The notes beneath the pieces were generated by a model, which saw only the letters and a list, made by a program, of their open reading frames with translations, was not told the origin of the DNA and did no database searches. Made by a program: the position numbers and the translations under genes. From a bacterium (lineage in GTDB: Bacteria > Sysuimicrobiota > Sysuimicrobiia > Sysuimicrobiales > Humicultoraceae), in the NCBI GenBank assembly GCA_041486265.1, contig JBGPLF010000001.1, positions 1-52,911 of the forward strand: a stretch of 52,911 nt of DNA, given 5' to 3'. Below, in pieces: positions 41,197-50,185 of this stretch. Numbering within the stretch: the stretch's first letter is position 1; each line of letters begins with the position of its first letter.

Positions 41197-41784
41197 GTGG
41201 ACCCGTTGCGCTCACTCAAGGAGCGCCTGGCTGCCGGGCGCGCCCGCGATCTTCCTCCGCATCCCCATCGCCGCGCGGCGGTGCTGATCCCCATCTTCGT
41301 TGACGGCGGTGCGCCGCACCTGCTACTCACCAAGCGGACCGAGACCGTCGAGCATCACAAAGGACAGATCTCGTTTCCCGGAGGCGGTGAGGAGCCGGAG
41401 GACACCGACCTCATGGAGACGGCACTGCGCGAGACCCATGAGGAGATCGGCCTGCCTCCGGCGTCCGTCGAAGTTTGGGGCCGTTTGGACGAGGTGGAAA
41501 CCGTCGTGTCGGGATTCGCGGTCACTCCATTCGTCGGCCTCATCCCGCCGCCGATCGGGCTGCGTCCCAATCCCAACGAGATCGCGGACATCGTCACCGT
41601 GCCGCTGGCCGTGTTCCTGGACCCGGCCAACGTCCGCACCGAGCACATGCAGCGGGACGGCCGCCTGCGCGAGGTGCTCTTCTACGACTACCCGCCCCAC
41701 GTGATCTGGGGGCTGACCGCCTACATCATCAACAGCCTGGTGGGTCTGCTCACCGCCGAGGGCCTGAAAGGACCTGGTCGATGA
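41197..41784 (+). CDS. Nudix hydrolase, CoA pyrophosphatase-like
   Basis: The Nudix box is GGGEEPEDTDLMETALRETHEEIGL, preceded by ...RTETVEHHKGQISFPGG as in NudL-type enzymes. The start is GTG. Confidence 0.85.
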   Translation: MDPLRSLKERLAAGRARDLPPHPHRRAAVLIPIFVDGGAPHLLLTKRTETVEHHKGQISFPGGGEEPEDTDLMETALRETHEEIGLPPASVEVWGRLDEVETVVSGFAVTPFVGLIPPPIGLRPNPNEIADIVTVPLAVFLDPANVRTEHMQRDGRLREVLFYDYPPHVIWGLTAYIINSLVGLLTAEGLKGPGR

Positions 41785-42461
41785 AGGTTGCCGTTTTTTC
41801 TGATGTCCATGGGAACGCCATCGCGCTAGACGCGGTGCTGCGGGACATCGACGCGCAGCGGCCCGACCGGATCATCTGTGGGGGCGACCTGGCGTTCGGC
41901 GGGCCCGAACCCGAAGCCGCCGTCGCCCGCATCAGGACGCTGGGCATCCCTTGCATCCGTGGCAATACCGACGAATGGCTGACGCCGGAGACCTCCCGAA
42001 GCGAAGCGATCGTCACCTGGACGCGCCGGACGCTGAGCGCGGAGTCGCGCCAGTACCTTGCCAGCCTGCCGTTCGACCATCGGCTCGACAGCATGCTGGT
42101 AGTGCACGCGACGCCCTGGAGTGTGTCCGACCTGGTGCCAAAGGATGCGGACCTGGCCACGATGCGCCGCGTCCTGGCCGAAGCCCGCGCGGCGGCCGTC
42201 GTCTACGGCCACATCCACCTGGGATGGATCGGCCAGGTGCCCGGCGTGGGGCTGGTCGTCAACACCGGCAGTGTCGGCTTTCCCTTTGATGGAGATCCCC
42301 GGCCCAGTTACGCGCTGCTCGAGCCCGGCCCCTCAGGGTGGACCGCGCAACTGCGGCGGATCGCCTACGATGTCAAGCGTGCTGCGGCCGCCTTCCCGGC
42401 CGACCATCCTGATCGCGCCGGCTGGGCGGCGAGGATGCGCGCCGGGCTCCAGCGTCCGTAG
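41781..42461 (+). CDS. metallophosphoesterase (YfcE/MJ0936-like)
   Basis: ATGA overlap with the Nudix gene. MKVAVFSDVHGN...ICGGDLAF...RGNTDEW...VVHATP...VYGHIH... are calcineurin-like phosphoesterase motifs. Confidence 0.85.
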   Translation: MKVAVFSDVHGNAIALDAVLRDIDAQRPDRIICGGDLAFGGPEPEAAVARIRTLGIPCIRGNTDEWLTPETSRSEAIVTWTRRTLSAESRQYLASLPFDHRLDSMLVVHATPWSVSDLVPKDADLATMRRVLAEARAAAVVYGHIHLGWIGQVPGVGLVVNTGSVGFPFDGDPRPSYALLEPGPSGWTAQLRRIAYDVKRAAAAFPADHPDRAGWAARMRAGLQRP

Positions 42462-42509
42462 GACACGTCCCATCGACCCCATCGCACGGTCTGAGTGGGG
42501 GAGGAGATC

Positions 42510-43184
42510 ATGTTTCTCGGCCACTACGCGGTCGCCTTCGGCGCCAAGAAGGCAGTCCCGACGATCTCGTTGGGAACGCTATTGCTCTCGGCCCAACTGG
42601 CCGATCTGCTCTGGCCTGTCTTCTTGCTGATGGGCCTCGAGCACGTGCGCGTCGCCCCCGGGACCACGGTCGTCTCGCCGCTCGACTTCTACGATTATCC
42701 CATCACCCACAGTCTCGTCGGGGCACTGGGGTGGTCGGCGCTGTTCGGCCTGATCTACTTTGCGGCCCGGCGGTATCCAAAGGGCGCCTGGATTCTGGCC
42801 GCGGGCGTGTTCAGCCACTGGGTGCTCGATCTCATCGTGCACCGGCCCGACCTGCCGCTCATCCCCGGCGGGACACTCGTCGGCCTCGGCCTGTGGAACT
42901 CCCTCCCCGGGACGCTGGTGGTGGAACTCGGCCTCTATCTCATCGGGATCATCCTCTACGTCCGCACGACACGCGCGACGGACGGCGCTGGACAGTACGC
43001 CCTCTGGGCCTTCGTGGCGCTGCTGCTGTTTCTGTACGTAGGGAGTGTATTTGGCCCGGTCCCGTCGAGCGATCGGGCAATAGCGATCGCCGGGGTGGGA
43101 CAGTGGCTCTTCGTCCTGTGGGCGTACTGGATCGACCGGCACCGCACCGCCGCGCCGGCGACACCCGCCACGCAGCCGGCCTGA
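42510..43184 (+). CDS. integral membrane protein, possibly YdjM/DUF457-like metal-dependent hydrolase
   Basis: ATG at 42510 follows GGGGAGGAG. It is multi-TM with conserved-looking His in ITHSLVG and FSHWVLDLIVHRPD. The family call is tentative. Confidence 0.6.
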   Translation: MFLGHYAVAFGAKKAVPTISLGTLLLSAQLADLLWPVFLLMGLEHVRVAPGTTVVSPLDFYDYPITHSLVGALGWSALFGLIYFAARRYPKGAWILAAGVFSHWVLDLIVHRPDLPLIPGGTLVGLGLWNSLPGTLVVELGLYLIGIILYVRTTRATDGAGQYALWAFVALLLFLYVGSVFGPVPSSDRAIAIAGVGQWLFVLWAYWIDRHRTAAPATPATQPA

Positions 43185-43198
43185 CTCAGGTCACCGCG

Positions 43199-44386
43199 TC
43201 ACCGTGGGAGCGGGCTGGCGCCGGTGGCCGACAGCGTGTAGACGCCGCCGCTCAAATCAATGATATAGAGCTCCCCATTCTGGTCCTCGCCGAACGAGCT
43301 GATATTGAGCCCGGTCTGCAGTACCAGTGCCTGCGTCCATCTGGTCAGCATGGATCCCGCGAACGACCAGATCCGTCCGCTGCAATAGTCGCCGAACAGA
43401 TACCGGCCAACAAGCTCGGGCAACCGGCTGCCCCGATACACATAGCCGCCGGTCACGGCACATCCTACCGAATGATCGTACTCGGTGACTGGAAGTGTCA
43501 GCCCTGCGATGCTGCACGAGGCCCCCGGAGGGTAACAGTGGGTGCCTTCCATGATGTTCCAGCCGTAGTTCCTCCCCGGCCCGCCGAGATCGATTTCCTC
43601 CCACGAATCCTGACCCACGTCGGCGATGTACATCTGGCCGGTGGATCGATCGAACGAGAACCGCCAGGGATTCCGGAGGCCGTAGGCCCAGATCTCCCCG
43701 CGCGCCCCTGGAGTGTGGACGAAAGGATTGTCAAGAGGGACGGCATACGGCGACCCGGAGTTGACGTCGATCCGGAGGATCTTGCCGAGCAGCGTGCTCA
43801 GCCGCTGCCCGTTGCCCTGCGGGTCGCCTGCGCCGCCGCCGTCGCCGAACCCGATGTAGAGCATGCCGTCGGGGCCGAAGAGATTGAGTCCGCCGTTGTG
43901 ATTAGTGAACGGCTGCGCGACGGTCAAGAGCACAGTCTCGGTTGTGTCGGCGATGTCTGGGTTGCCCGCCGACACATGGTACTCTGCGATAACCGAGTGC
44001 AGACCGCCTGTCGGCGACGTGTAGTTCACAAAGAATCGTCCGTTGCTGGCGTAGTTCGGATGGAAGGCGACGCTGAGCAGTCCCTCTTCACTGCCCGACG
44101 CGACCCGGCTCCTGATGTCGAGGAACGGCGTGGAGAGCAGGCCGACGCCGGGACGGAAGATCCGGATCACACCGGCCTGTTCGACGATGAAGAGCCGTCC
44201 CGAACCATCCGCCGGCTGGGCGACATAAACTGGCGCGGTCAGCCCGGTGACCACGCTCTGCAGAACGATGAGGCGGTGCGGCGCCGCGAGGGAGGCCGGA
44301 CCGGTCCGCGCTGCACCGCCAAAACCGGCAACTCCCAGCAGCGCAACCGCGAGGCCGTGGCAGAAGAACCAGAGAAACCGCCGCAT
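43199..44386 (-). CDS. PQQ-dependent soluble sugar dehydrogenase (YliI/sorbosone dehydrogenase-like beta-propeller)
   Basis: ...RLFIVEQAGVIRIF...HNGGLNLFGPDGMLYIGFGDGGGAGDPQGNGQ...LLGKILRIDV...IWAYGLRNPWRFSFD... The signal-like start MRRFLWFF at 44386 is preferred over 44467. Confidence 0.85.
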   Translation of the reverse strand: MRRFLWFFCHGLAVALLGVAGFGGAARTGPASLAAPHRLIVLQSVVTGLTAPVYVAQPADGSGRLFIVEQAGVIRIFRPGVGLLSTPFLDIRSRVASGSEEGLLSVAFHPNYASNGRFFVNYTSPTGGLHSVIAEYHVSAGNPDIADTTETVLLTVAQPFTNHNGGLNLFGPDGMLYIGFGDGGGAGDPQGNGQRLSTLLGKILRIDVNSGSPYAVPLDNPFVHTPGARGEIWAYGLRNPWRFSFDRSTGQMYIADVGQDSWEEIDLGGPGRNYGWNIMEGTHCYPPGASCSIAGLTLPVTEYDHSVGCAVTGGYVYRGSRLPELVGRYLFGDYCSGRIWSFAGSMLTRWTQALVLQTGLNISSFGEDQNGELYIIDLSGGVYTLSATGASPLPR

Positions 44387-44517
44387 GCGAACCGCCCCCT
44401 TTGCGGGTCCGTCGAGCATGCCGGCAGTCCGGCCTCTGCCGTTCATACACTGCTCGAAGTGTACCACGCGGCAGACCGGCGGGGCTGGCAGGCCTGAAGC
44501 AGTATAATGGCGGGAGT

Positions 44518-45699
44518 ATGGTTGCGACCACGCCGGGCGGCGCTTCGCGCGACATCTACCTCGATTATGCGGCGACCACGCCGGTCGATCCCCGCGTGTT
44601 CGCCGCCATGCAGCCGTACTTCACCGAGCATTTCGGGAACGCGGGCAGCGTGCATCAGTTCGGCCAGAGCTCCCGGGCGGCGGTTGATGCCGCGCGGTCA
44701 GCAGTGGCCCGGCTGATCGGCGCCGAGGCGAAAGAGATCGTCTTTACGGCCGGCGCCACCGAATCCAACAACGCGGCGATCTTTGGTGTGGTGCATGCGC
44801 GCGGCCTGACGGACGGGCACATCATCACCACGGCGACGGAGCACCACGCGGTGCTCGAACCGTGCCGCGCCCTGGCAGACCGCGGCATCGCCCTGACGGT
44901 GTTGCCGGTGGATCGCTACGGCCTCGTCGATCCCGACGCGGTGCGGCGCGCGATCCGGCCCGAGACGGTCCTCATCTCGATCATGCACGGCAACAACGAG
45001 ACCGGCACCCTTGGTCCCGTCGCCGAGATCGGGGCCATCGCGCGCGAGCGCGGCGTCCTCTTCCATACCGATGCGACGCAGAGCGCTGGGATTGTGCCGG
45101 TGGATGTCCGGCAGCTCAACGTGGACCTGCTCTCGCTCTCGGCACACAAACGGTACGGGCCCAAGGGGATCGGCGCGCTCTACGTCCGCACGGGCGTGAA
45201 GATCGAGCCGCTTCTGCACGGCGGCAGCCAGGAGCGAGGCCGCCGGGGCGGCACCGAGAACGTTCCGGGCATCGTCGGGTTCGGTGAAACAGCCCGCCTG
45301 GCGTTCGAGGGCATGGCCGAAGAGGCCACACGCCTGCGCGCGCTGCGTGATCGGTTGGCCGGCGGGCTGGGCGCGATCGACGGCGCGCACCTCAACGGGC
45401 ACCCGACCATACGCCTGCCCGGCATCGTCAACGTATCTTTTGCCTATGCCGACAGCGAATCGCTGCTGCTGGGACTCGACCTGGAGGGGATTGCCGCGTC
45501 GAGCGGATCGGCGTGTACCTCAGGCAGCCTGGAGCCGTCGCACGTCATCGCGGCGCTCGGCCTTCCGGCGGACCTCGCGGCCGGCACCTTGCGATTCTCG
45601 CTCGGCCGCTGGACTACCGCCGGTGAGATCGATCGCGTGCTCGAGGTGCTGCCGCGAGTGCTCACGTCGATCCGGCGCGCGATGATGCCCAGGGCGTGA
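44518..45699 (+). CDS. cysteine desulfurase (NifS/IscS family)
   Basis: ...IYLDYAATTPVDPRV...FTAGATESNN...SAHKRYGPKGIGALYV (PLP Lys)...SSGSACTSG (catalytic Cys loop). ATG at 44518. Confidence 0.9.
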   Translation: MVATTPGGASRDIYLDYAATTPVDPRVFAAMQPYFTEHFGNAGSVHQFGQSSRAAVDAARSAVARLIGAEAKEIVFTAGATESNNAAIFGVVHARGLTDGHIITTATEHHAVLEPCRALADRGIALTVLPVDRYGLVDPDAVRRAIRPETVLISIMHGNNETGTLGPVAEIGAIARERGVLFHTDATQSAGIVPVDVRQLNVDLLSLSAHKRYGPKGIGALYVRTGVKIEPLLHGGSQERGRRGGTENVPGIVGFGETARLAFEGMAEEATRLRALRDRLAGGLGAIDGAHLNGHPTIRLPGIVNVSFAYADSESLLLGLDLEGIAASSGSACTSGSLEPSHVIAALGLPADLAAGTLRFSLGRWTTAGEIDRVLEVLPRVLTSIRRAMMPRA

Positions 45700-45710
45700 C
45701 CCCCGCGCGG

Positions 45711-45739
45711 TTGACACCCCTGGGGGGCTCTGCGATGAT
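45711..45739 (+). promoter_or_regulatory. candidate promoter of the nuo operon
   Basis: TTGACA (45711-45716), a 17-nt spacer, then GATGAT (45734-45739), about 50 nt upstream of the nuoA start. The -10 matches TATAAT at only 4 of 6 positions. Confidence 0.35.
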
Positions 45740-45787
45740 GTTCAAGAGCCTGCGACGCAGACAGGATCAGGCTTCGCGCCTCTGACG

Positions 45788-46150
45788 ATGACCCCAGTGG
45801 TTGATTACCTCCCTGTGTTTGTGCACTTCGCACTCGTTGTCGGCCTCACCGTCGCCCTCCTCGCCGCCCACGCGTTGCTCGGCGGCAGCAAGCCCAGCCT
45901 GGCCAAACAGGAGCCCTACGAGTCGGGTGTGTGGGCTATCGGTTCGGCCCGCGAGCGCATCCCGATCCGGTACTACGTGATCGCGATGCTCTTCATCCTT
46001 TTTGATATCGAGACGGTGTTCCTGTTCCCCTGGGCGGTGATCTACCGGCGGCTCGGGACCTTCGGCCTGGCCGAGATGCTGGTGTTCATCGGTGTGCTGG
46101 GCGTGGGCCTGATCTACGCGTGGAAGCGGGGGGCCCTGGAATGGCAGTAG
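45788..46150 (+). CDS. nuoA: NADH-quinone oxidoreductase subunit A
   Basis: 120 aa, 3 TM. ...PYESGV...[23 protein letters not shown]... Confidence 0.9.
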   Translation: MTPVVDYLPVFVHFALVVGLTVALLAAHALLGGSKPSLAKQEPYESGVWAIGSARERIPIRYYVIAMLFILFDIETVFLFPWAVIYRRLGTFGLAEMLVFIGVLGVGLIYAWKRGALEWQ

Positions 46151-46653
46151 CCGGGCCCGCGGCTGAGCGTGCGGCGGCCGACGGCGAGGCGGCCCAGTTC
46201 GAGAAGCGCGTGCTGACCACAACCGTAGACCGCATGGTCGCGTGGGCCCGGAGGGGGAGCATCTGGCCTGCGCAGTTCGGCCTGGCCTGCTGCGCGATCG
46301 AGATGATGGGCGCCGCGGCCGCCCGGTTCGACATGGCGCGCTTCGGCAGCGAGTTGTTCCGCGCCTCGCCGCGCCAGGCCGATCTCCTGATCGTGTCGGG
46401 CCGCGTTTCGCAGAAGATGGCGCCGGTGTTGCGGCACATCTACGATCAGATGCTCGAGCCCAAGTGGGTCATCGCAATGGGCGACTGTGCGTCCTGCGGC
46501 GGGGTCTTCAACAACTACGCGCTGGTCCAGGGCGTGGACAAGATCGTCCCTGTGGATGTGTACGTGGCCGGCTGCCCGCCGCGTCCCGAGGCGCTGTTGT
46601 ACGGGTTCATGAAACTGCAGGAGAAGATCACGCGGACCGCAGGCCGCCGGTGA
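46141..46653 (+). CDS. nuoB: NADH-quinone oxidoreductase subunit B
   Basis: ...[15 protein letters not shown]...[16 protein letters not shown]...[12 protein letters not shown]...[10 protein letters not shown]... The start is 46141 or 46120. Confidence 0.9.
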   Translation: MAVAGPAAERAAADGEAAQFEKRVLTTTVDRMVAWARRGSIWPAQFGLACCAIEMMGAAAARFDMARFGSELFRASPRQADLLIVSGRVSQKMAPVLRHIYDQMLEPKWVIAMGDCASCGGVFNNYALVQGVDKIVPVDVYVAGCPPRPEALLYGFMKLQEKITRTAGRR

Positions 46654-47177
46654 GCCGCGCCGCGGAGTTGGCCGCGCAGGTGCGGGGCCGCCTTGCGGAG
46701 ACCGACTTGCAACTCGTCGAATTTCGTGACGAGACGACCGTCATCGCACCAGCGGAGCAGATCATCGACGTCCTGCGAACCTTCCGTGATGCGCCGGATG
46801 GTACGCCGGTGCTGACCGATCTCACCGCCGTAGACCGGTTTCCGGCCGAGCCCCGTTTTGAGGTGGTCTACCTGCTCACCGGCTACGCGCCGCCCGTGCG
46901 TGTGCGCGTCAAGGCGCGCCTGGCCGGCGACACGCCGTCCATTGCGAGCGCGACTGCGCTGTGGCCTGCTGCGAACTGGCTCGAGCGGGAGGTGTACGAT
47001 CTGTTCGGCATCCGGTTCGAGGGGCATCCGAACCTGACGCGCATCCTGTTGCCCGACGATTGGGGAGGTCATCCTCTGCGGAAGGACTTCCCGTTGACGG
47101 AAGAGCCGGTCCAGTTCATCAATCACGTGCCGAGGATACCGGGCGCGATCATTCCCAAGACGCCGCCGCGCCCCTAG
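46650..47177 (+). CDS. nuoC: NADH-quinone oxidoreductase subunit C
   Basis: GTG at 46650 overlaps the nuoB stop. ...[42 protein letters not shown]... Confidence 0.9.
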   Translation: MSRAAELAAQVRGRLAETDLQLVEFRDETTVIAPAEQIIDVLRTFRDAPDGTPVLTDLTAVDRFPAEPRFEVVYLLTGYAPPVRVRVKARLAGDTPSIASATALWPAANWLEREVYDLFGIRFEGHPNLTRILLPDDWGGHPLRKDFPLTEEPVQFINHVPRIPGAIIPKTPPRP

Positions 47178-47205
47178 GCGGCCCCGAAGGTTTGCCCGCT
47201 ACGCG

Positions 47206-48402
47206 ATGGAAACCGAAATTACCACCCCCGAGGCGCGAACCGAGACCCTGACGATCAACATGGGGCCGCAGCACCCATCGACCCATGGAGTGCTGCGCCT
47301 CGTCCTCGAACTTGAGGGCGAGGTCATCATGGGGACCACACCGGTCATCGGGTACCTTCACACCGGGTTCGAGAAGGAGATGGAGAACCGCACCTACCAT
47401 CAGAACATCGTCTTCCCGGCACGTATCGAGTACCTGGCGACGTTCATCGAAGAGACGGCGTACTGTCTCGCGGTTGAAAAGCTGCTGGGGATCACGCCGC
47501 CGCCGCGGGCTGAGGTCGCGCGCGTCATCCTCTCGGAGTTGTCACGCATCGCAAGCCATCTGCTCTGGCTGGGATCGAGCGCCCTGGATCTCAATGTCAG
47601 CAGCCTGTTTCTGTACACCTTCCAGGACCGGGAGGAGATCCTCGACATTCTGGAGATGGTCACCGGCCAGCGCATGATGCACGGCTACGTCCGCATCGGC
47701 GGCCTGCAGTGGGACATGCCCGATGGGTTCGAGGCACGTGTCCGCCGGTTCATCGATCACCTTCCCGGGCGGCTCGACGAGTCCGACCGTTTGTTGACCG
47801 ACAATCTGATCTGGCGGAAGCGCACCGAGGGGATCGCGCTGCTCACGAAGGACGACGCGCTGCGGTACGGCTGCACCGGGCCGATCGGCCGTGGATCCGG
47901 GGTGAACTACGACGTCCGCAAGACGTTCCCGTACAGCGGGTACGACCAGTACGAGTTCGACGTCCCGCTGGGGAAGAACGGTGACGCGTTCGATCGCTAC
48001 CTGGTGCGCATGGAGGAGATGCGGCAGAGCCGCCGCATCATTCAGCAGGCGCTCGACCGACTGCCGGGCGGTCCCGTCCTCGTTGATGACCGCAAGGTCG
48101 CGCTGCCCCCCCGCGCCGAACTCGTCCGCAGCATGGAAGCGGTCATCCACCAGTTCAAGCTCGTAAGCGAAGGCCTGCATCCTCCGGTTGGGGAGGTCTA
48201 TGCCGCGGTGGAGGCCCCGCGCGGCGAAAAGGGCTACTATGTGGTCAGTGATGGGAGCAACCGGCCGGTGCGTGTCAGGGTGAGGTCGGGGTCGTTCAAC
48301 AACCTGCAGGCGCTGCCGGTGATGGTCTACAAGGGGTACATCTCCGACGTCGTCGTCGCCGTGGCCAGCATCGACATCGTGTTGGGAGACGTTGACCGTT
48401 GA
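47206..48402 (+). CDS. nuoD: NADH-quinone oxidoreductase subunit D
   Basis: ...INMGPQHPSTHGVLRL...GYLHTGFEK...IDIVLGDVDR. Confidence 0.95.
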   Translation: METEITTPEARTETLTINMGPQHPSTHGVLRLVLELEGEVIMGTTPVIGYLHTGFEKEMENRTYHQNIVFPARIEYLATFIEETAYCLAVEKLLGITPPPRAEVARVILSELSRIASHLLWLGSSALDLNVSSLFLYTFQDREEILDILEMVTGQRMMHGYVRIGGLQWDMPDGFEARVRRFIDHLPGRLDESDRLLTDNLIWRKRTEGIALLTKDDALRYGCTGPIGRGSGVNYDVRKTFPYSGYDQYEFDVPLGKNGDAFDRYLVRMEEMRQSRRIIQQALDRLPGGPVLVDDRKVALPPRAELVRSMEAVIHQFKLVSEGLHPPVGEVYAAVEAPRGEKGYYVVSDGSNRPVRVRVRSGSFNNLQALPVMVYKGYISDVVVAVASIDIVLGDVDR

Positions 48403-48893
48403 CCACAACCGACCCCGCCGGCGCGCCGGCGCTGAGCGAGGCCGCCCGCGACGAGATCCGCCGCCTGGCCGCGCTCTACGAACACCGCCAATCGGCCCTG
48501 CTTCCGGCGCTATTCGTCGCGCAGCAGGAGGCAGGCTATCTCCCGCCGGCCGCACTGGCCGCGGTGGCTGACGCCCTTGATCTCCCGGTGAGCGAGGTGA
48601 CGTCGGTCGCGACCTTCTATAGCCTGCTCTACCTCGAGCCGGTCGGTCGCCACGTGGTGCAGGTCTGTACGAACATCTCGTGCATGCTGAACGGCTGTCA
48701 GGCGGTCGTGCAGCAGTTGCAGGATCGCCTGGGCGTCACCCCTGGACACACCACGGCCGACGGTCGCTTCACGGTGCGCGCGGTCGAGTGCCTGGCGGCG
48801 TGCGAAGAGGCGCCGGTGATGTTAGTGGATCAGGACCGGTGGCCCAAAGTGACGCCCGAGTCCGTCGAGCGTGCGCTGGAGCAATATCGCTGA
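48399..48893 (+). CDS. nuoE: NADH-quinone oxidoreductase subunit E (2Fe-2S)
   Basis: The TTG start overlaps the nuoD stop. The Cys pattern is VCTNISCML...VECLAACEEAP. Confidence 0.9.
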   Translation: MTTTDPAGAPALSEAARDEIRRLAALYEHRQSALLPALFVAQQEAGYLPPAALAAVADALDLPVSEVTSVATFYSLLYLEPVGRHVVQVCTNISCMLNGCQAVVQQLQDRLGVTPGHTTADGRFTVRAVECLAACEEAPVMLVDQDRWPKVTPESVERALEQYR

Positions 48894-48901
48894 GTCCGCC
48901 C

Positions 48902-50185
48902 ATGAGCACCCAGAGGCCGCAGGGCGGGACGCCAATGTCTGACTCGATCATCCTCCGGTGGGCTCGAACCGAGGGAATGCAGGACCTGGAGATCTACCGC
49001 CGCGCCGGCGGCTATGAGGCCGCTCGCCGCGTGGCCGCGGGGGAATGGACGCAGGATCAGGTGATCGAGATCATTGCGGCCTCTGGCCTTCGCGGCAAAG
49101 GCGGGGCGGGCTTCCCGGCCGGCCAGAAGTGGAAGTTTATCCCGCGCCGGGCGCCGGTCAAGTATGTCGTGGTCAACGCCGACGAAGGGGAGCCCGGTAC
49201 ATTCAAAGACCGAACGCTCATCGAGGGCTGCGCGCACTTGCTCATCGAGGGGATCCTCATCGCCGCGATGACGATCGGCGCGCGGAAAGCCTATGTCTAC
49301 CTGCGCAAGGAGTTTTATCACGGCCGACGCCTGCTGGACGCGGCGCTCGCCCAGGCCCGCGCCGCGGGCTTCGTCGGTGACCGCGTCTTCGGCAGCGACC
49401 ATTCGGTGGAGATCGTCGTGCACTCCGGCGCCGGCGCGTACATCGCCGGTGAGGAGTCGGCGCTGCTTGAATCCCTGGAGGGGCGCCGCGCGCTCCCGCG
49501 ACTGCGGCCGCCGTTCCCGGCGCAGGCGGGACTCTACCAGAAGCCGACGCTGCTCAACAACGTCGAGACGCTGTGCCATGTCCCCGTCGTTCTGACCCTG
49601 GGGGCGGACCGCTACAAATCCTACGGCCCGCCGGCGTTGTTCTCGGTGAGCGGCAGCGTCGTGAATCCCGGCGTCTACGAGGCGCCGCTGGGGGTGACGC
49701 TGCGGTCGCTGATCTTCGCGTATGCCGGGGGACTGCGGCCGGGCCGGCGGTTCAAGGCGGCGTTTCCCGGCGGGTCGTCATCGATGATCCTGACCGAGGC
49801 CGACCTGGACGTGAAGATGGATTACGACAGCCTGCACCGGGCGGGGTCCATGCTGGGCTCAGCGGCGGTGATCGTGATGGACGACAGCGCCGACATGGTG
49901 GAGGTCATCGCCCGCACCGTGGAGTTCTACCGCGAAGAGTCGTGCGGCAAGTGCACGCCCTGCCGGGAGGGAACGGTCTGGATCACGCAGATCTTCGAGC
50001 GGATTTTGCATGGCCGCGGCCGCATGGAGGATCTGACGTTGTTGGAAAGCATCGCCAGGGGGATGACCGGCACCTGCTTTTGCCCGCTCGGCGAGAGCGT
50101 ACCGCCCAGCCTGGTGGCCTCGCTGCACCAGTTCCGCACCGAATACGAACGGCGCATCAATCCAGCGATGACCCATGGCCACTGA
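48902..50185 (+). CDS. nuoF: NADH-quinone oxidoreductase subunit F (FMN, 4Fe-4S)
   Basis: ...GLRGKGGAGFPAGQKWKF...VVNADEGEPGTFKDR...ESCGKCTPCREG... The start is 48902 (or 48935). The upstream part of ORF 48680 overlaps nuoE in another frame and is rejected. Confidence 0.9.
   Translation: MSTQRPQGGTPMSDSIILRWARTEGMQDLEIYRRAGGYEAARRVAAGEWTQDQVIEIIAASGLRGKGGAGFPAGQKWKFIPRRAPVKYVVVNADEGEPGTFKDRTLIEGCAHLLIEGILIAAMTIGARKAYVYLRKEFYHGRRLLDAALAQARAAGFVGDRVFGSDHSVEIVVHSGAGAYIAGEESALLESLEGRRALPRLRPPFPAQAGLYQKPTLLNNVETLCHVPVVLTLGADRYKSYGPPALFSVSGSVVNPGVYEAPLGVTLRSLIFAYAGGLRPGRRFKAAFPGGSSSMILTEADLDVKMDYDSLHRAGSMLGSAAVIVMDDSADMVEVIARTVEFYREESCGKCTPCREGTVWITQIFERILHGRGRMEDLTLLESIARGMTGTCFCPLGESVPPSLVASLHQFRTEYERRINPAMTHGH

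Noticed and set aside
42731-44497. 588-aa plus-strand ORF opposite the PQQ-type sugar dehydrogenase
   Set aside because: The minus-strand product has the full beta-propeller dehydrogenase motif series and a signal peptide. The plus-strand product is Arg/Pro-rich and motif-free.
44503-44508. Perfect TATAAT 10 nt upstream of the cysteine desulfurase start
   Set aside because: No acceptable -35 lies at 16-18 nt spacing. The resulting transcript would start inside or after the RBS, so it is not reported as a promoter.
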